A stretch of 64,000 nucleotides of DNA from Octopus vulgaris. Lineage: Eukaryota. The stretch covers positions 7,440,001-7,504,000 of the forward strand of contig OX597839.1 of the NCBI GenBank assembly GCA_951406725.2. Direction: 5' to 3'. Position numbers and translations under genes: made by a program. Under the pieces are notes generated by a model. It did not search any database. It was not told the DNA's origin and saw only the letters and a program-made list of their open reading frames with translations. Shown here in pieces: positions 58,776 to 64,000 of the stretch. How positions within the stretch are numbered: position 1 is the first letter of the stretch; every line of letters begins with the position of its first letter.

Positions 58776-59104
58776 CGAGAGAGGGGAAGAGGAAGAGAAT
58801 GAAAGATAGAGAGAAGGAAACGAAGGGATTAAAATGATCCGGCAGATATCAATAGGGCACTTAGTAGAAGGCGGCGAGCTGGCAGAAACCATACCGAAAA
58901 TGTTTCCAATAGTTTCATACTTCTATAATACTTTAACTAGGTATATTAATGAAATACTCCATGTCACTCCAAGCAATCTTTCTTGATGTGCTATATATAT
59001 ATGTTTTAAAAACAAGGAAGCTGGACAGTGAGACAATAAGGATAACCACAAAGAAAATCAATAAGAATAACCAAGATTGATGCAAAGCATTATTGTTGTT
59101 GTTA

Positions 59105-59790
59105 AGACAGTGAGCTGGCAGAATCGCTAATACGGTGGGCGAAATGCGTAGCTGTATTTCGTCTGCCGTTACGTTCTGAGTTCAAATTCCGCCGAGGTCG
59201 ACTTTGCCTTTCATCCTTTCGGGGTCGATAAATTAAGTACCAGTTACGCACTGTGGTCGATATAATCGACTTAATCCGTTTGTTTGTCCTTGTTTGTCCT
59301 CTCTGTGTTTAGCCCCTTGTGGGTAGTAAAGAAATAGGTATTTCGGTGACGACTACAAAATTGTTTCCCCGTCTTATCGATATATGAAGACAATACTTGT
59401 CTTTTCAAGCCAAATTTTTTTGTCTGAGACAAAAAAAAAAAAAAAAAAGGCGGCGAGCTGGCAGAAACGTTAGCATGTTGGGCGAAATGCTTAGCAGTAT
59501 TTCGTCTGCGTTACGTTGTGAGTTCAAATTCCGCCGAGGTCGACTTTGCCTTTCATCCTTTCGGGGTCGATAAATTAAGTACCAGTTACGCACTGGGGTC
59601 GATGTAATCGACTTAATACCTATGTCTGTCCTTGTTTGTCCCCTCTATGTTTAGCCCCTTGAGGGTAATAAAGAAATAGAAATAGGTATTTCGTCTGTCT
59701 TTATGTTCTTAGTTTAAATTTCGCCGAGGTTGACTTTGCATTTCATCGTTTCGGGATCGATAAATCAAGTAGCAGTTGCGTGCTGGGGGT
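59105..59790 (+). mobile_element. Tandem SINE family A copies
   Basis: Copies at ~59105-59345 and 59449-59680, followed by a partial repeated unit. Confidence 0.85.
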
Positions 59791-60180
59791 TGTAGACTGG
59801 ACGAATAATCCCTCGGACTTTTACTATAAAAAAATGGTCGTTGAGGTTGCAAATGAAAAGGATAAAAAGATGGCTTCGTATCGGAGACCAAACAAGGCCA
59901 GATAATGGTAACTGCAAATACTATAGCACAACCACTACCAGTGTTAACAGTCACCACCAGCGGGAAAAGAAAGAAAAGTGAAAAAGAAGGAGCTACAAGA
60001 CTGTTTTTGTAGGGCAAGGAACACAACCACGAATGATAACACTGCCATCTCTTCAGGCATCACGACCAACAACACCGCCACCGCATACGCTGTAGTTTCT
60101 GAAAACACCACCGCCGTCACCACTACAATGACGTTCACCAACATCATCATGATCACCACCAACACAACCACTATCACTAC

Positions 60181-60412
60181 CTATTTCTTTATTACCCACA
60201 GGGGGCTAAATATAGAGGGGACAAACAAGGACAGACATAGGTATTAAGTCGATTACATCTACCCCAGTGCGTAACTGGTACTTCATTTATCAACCCCGAA
60301 AGGACGAAAGGTAAAGTCGACCTCGGCGGAATTTGAACTCAAAACGTAACGGCAGACGAAATACGACTATGCATTTCGCCCGGCATACTAACGTTTCTGC
60401 CAGCTCGCCGCC
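60181..60412 (-). mobile_element. SINE family A, full length
   Basis: Closely matches the reverse complement of 59449-59680. Confidence 0.85.
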
Positions 60413-61145
60413 TTGTCTGCCAGCTCGCCACTATCACTACCGATACCACTACCACCACCAACAACAACAACAAGGGTAACAACAATAGACACAGTGTGAG
60501 CTCAATGGAATATTTTAACAAATTTCAGAGACTGGCAGCCATAAATATTACAAACCATAACAGTTATAGTTATACGACTTCTATGCATTCCACAGCCAAT
60601 ATCTCATCCTCCGTGACAACCGGATCCAGCCCAGCCGTAACAACAACATTAACACGAAGAAGTTCAATCTTTTCGCAGAAACCACCCAAAAGAGTAAATA
60701 TATATTCTTGTAGGAAAATCGCAAACTGAGGCACAACCAACAACTCGTCGACCAGAGAAAACGATTAAGCTAATAGCAATTATACCTTTTGGCACCAGGA
60801 GCAGAATATTTTACTAGGGAGTCTTTTAAAACAGATGAATGGAAGTATCATCATCATTGTTCGACCGTGGTCGAGACTAAATTCCATAGTCTTTTCAAAT
60901 GGCTAACAATATGTGCGCGCGCCGCTTCTACACACATTGGAAAGCATTGTACAACCGAGCACTAAAGAATGTCTTTCCTCCTCCATGAAACAAAGCTGTT
61001 CCCGCTGGACGTCAACCCAGTATTTCTAAGCTACGGACCGAGTGATTTATTGTAAGGTTATCTCCCTAGACAGATTGCCTTCACTACGGCTAGGGAGCCC
61101 TTTCTACCCCACTGACACAGGTTGTACTGGTTTACAGTTTACCAG

Positions 61146-61638
61146 TCATCATTCATCATTGTTCGACCGTGGTCGAGACAATGGAATTTACCATGCTACG
61201 CCAGACTTCACGGTCCATCATGGCGTTACGGAGGTCCTGTTGCTGGATGCCTGTATCCCTGGAGATTACATCAGGGTAGGAGAGTGTGCGCCCTCTGGTA
61301 TTGCGAGTAGATGGCTTCCAGAGGAGAAGAGTAGAAATTACTTCTTTTTCAGCTCTACAACAATGTCCAGCAAACTGGACTCTCCTACCTTTCACAAGAG
61401 ATGACACAGGTGCTAGTTTCCCATATATTTGCATTTTGGTTGGATGGCGCTTCCACGAGAGATTTTGAGCTATCATAAGGAGGCGAGTGTAGGTTCCATC
61501 CAACCGCCTCTCAAGCTTCTTTGATAACGTCCAGGTTTCTGAGCCATATTGTAGAATTGGTTCGACTGTGGCTTTGAATATTTCAAGTTTGAAGTCTCTA
61601 CTTAGATTTGATGACCAGATCTTATGCATGTCATTACA
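61146..61638 (-). mobile_element. 5'-truncated RTE-clade LINE (ORF C-terminus and short TGA-repeat tail)
   Basis: KIWSSNLSRDFKLEIFKATVEPILQYGSETWTL..RRVQFAGHCCR..RGR..AMMDREVWRSMV ends in (TGA)n. A second 3' tip lies at 60847-60877. Confidence 0.85.
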
Positions 61639-62109
61639 GTAGTAGGATCCGATGCTGCATACATCGCACCCTGAATGGAAGTAACAACTCACGTCCAAGG
61701 AGAAAATTGCTTTAAAAGTATTAGAAGTGCTAACAGCTGCGTCACATGGGGCAGACAATATGGCACTGTTGAGATTAGATTCCTCTCTGAAGCACTGCTC
61801 TGGAGTATTCCGTTGTCCCGTGGAGAAGTGAAGATTTCGTCCTCATTTTGATATAATTCGGCAGATGTGTGATGAAGTTAAATTTTGGAAATAACACTAG
61901 AATTTAGAGACTAAAGGATTAAAGCATGCATTATTCTAGAGAGAGCCGATTCTCTTCTAGACATTAAGAAGCTTCGACTGACAAACTGTTCGGGAATTTG
62001 GTTAGGAAATACGTCAAAAGAAATTTGGGCAAAATTGCTTCTTATATAGTAGTCCAAGGTGGACAAAATCTGAATATTACGCTACAAGTGTGTATATAAG
62101 CATCGGTAT

Positions 62110-62318
62110 TCTCTTTCACACTTTTAATTGTTTCAGTCATTTGACTGTGGCCATGCTGGAGAACCGCCATTAGTCGAGCAAGCCGACCCCAGGACTTATT
62201 ATTTGCAAGCCTAGTACCGCTAAGTTACGGAGACGTAAACACACCAGCATCGGTTGTCAAGCGATGTTGGAGGGACAAACACAGACACACAGACATATAC
62301 ATACACATACATACATAC

Positions 62319-62376
<58 letters not shown>

Positions 62377-62545
62377 ATATATACGACGGGCTTCTTTCAA
62401 TTTCCGTCTACCAAATCCACTCACAAGGCTTTGGTCGGCCCGAGGCTATAGTAGATGACACTTGCCCAAGGTGCTACGCAGTGGGACTGAACCCTGGAAC
62501 CATGTGGTTAGTAAGCAAGCTACTTACCACACAGCCACTCCTGCG
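62110..62545 (-). mobile_element. SINE family B
   Basis: Collinear with the other B copies. Confidence 0.85.
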
Positions 62546-62607
<62 letters not shown>

Positions 62608-62911
62608 CCTACATATATATATATATATATATATACAAACATAATGCTTATATAATACATTTTGTTGCCTAATACGCTGAATATTCACGAAATTCAGCTG
62701 AACGATATTTGGATCTAATTCCCATACACAAGGAATTACGTTGGATGTGTATTTTACTTGGAGTTATTGTTATCTGTTGGTTGAAAATAGTTAACCAAAT
62801 ACTTTCAAAACTGAGTGCTTTATTGATATTTACTTAAACTTTTAATCCTTTTCCACACACACACACACACACACGTATTATAATAATAACAACAACAATG
62901 ATAATAATAAC

Positions 62912-62942
<31 letters not shown>

Positions 62943-62945
62943 ATG

Positions 62946-63031
<86 letters not shown>

Positions 63032-63798
63032 GCCAATAATCCTAGGATTTAAATATTTAAATATTTAATACATTTCAACGTACGTTTCCGCAAATCACAT
63101 CATTTTGACATCAAAAGTCGGTATCCTTGGGATTATAACAATATACTCTGTATTATCCGTGGGCATCCGGTCGATCATCATCATCATTGATTCATTTCAT
63201 CAGGCGATATAATATTAGTGGATGAATCTCAGGGTGTGTTTATCCCTTCTTGCCAGTATGAAGGACAATCTGACGTAATGGAATAGGAGTTCTATATGCA
63301 CACCCCATTCGTTACCTTAAACCAATTTAAAAGATGTGTGTGTGTGTGGATGTATGGACTTTGATAAGATGTCGTATCAAGTGAAATGTGGTTGTATTTA
63401 ATTATCATAATCCTGTTTTTAACATTGAGTTTCTTCTTATTTATAGATTACACAGACATCCATATAAACACACACACACACATATATATATATATGTATG
63501 TATATATAAGAGTGTGTGCGCGTGTGCCCACATGTATATACATTTTGTATTCATAATGCAGGTGCGTTAGTTCCTATAAGCATGTTTAAAATATATTCAG
63601 GGAACCAGACTCTAAGCTTTGTATGTATAAAGTTTAAAAAGGGAAATAATGTTTATATAATGATACATTTATAATATACTGACGAGGATTAGGAATGTGG
63701 GATGTAAGTTTTAATTGAACATTTTATATATATTATGTGTATGTATATTTGTATGTATGTATAAATTTTATGTAATTTTATAATAATATATATATGCT

Positions 63799-63830
<32 letters not shown>

Positions 63831-63902
63831 TGTATGTATGTATGTATGTATGTATGTATGTATGTATTCGTAAATGTGTATATATATATATTTATATATA
63901 TA

Positions 63903-63944
<42 letters not shown>

Positions 63945-64000
63945 GTATGTATATATATATATGTATGTATGTATGTAAGTAAGTGTGTATATGTGTAGGG

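Noticed and set aside
61639-61758. N-terminal part of the 200-aa ORF as RTE protein
   Set aside because: RTE similarity starts only at about CNDMHKIW; the upstream part is chance read-through into flanking DNA.

Overview
This is animal nuclear DNA, AT-rich and saturated with microsatellites ((TA)n, (TATG)n, (CA)n, (AAT)n, (GAT)n, (TATC)n). The repeat families point to an octopus/cephalopod genome (inference). I found no convincing host protein-coding exon, and almost all ORFs in the track are translations of simple repeats, so the window reads as intronic or intergenic. Recognisable coding material is all from transposons: a young 5'-truncated R4/Dong-like RLE retrotransposon inside (AAT)n, two older RLE fragments, an RTE 3' end, a probable CR1-type 3' end and two Tc1/mariner deletion derivatives. 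Non-coding mobile elements include a non-autonomous Helitron, a TTAGGG-containing MITE family, several tRNA-derived SINE families that swap modules, and a 26-bp minisatellite. The main signal is a set of type-I hammerhead ribozyme motifs. Several sit in short asymmetric fold-back elements embedded in (TA)n tracts, resembling Penelope pseudo-LTR insertions. They show C-G, U-A and G-C versions of the 3-8 core pair, and one forms the tail of a tRNA-headed SINE-like element. All coordinates were read by eye and may be off by a few bases.
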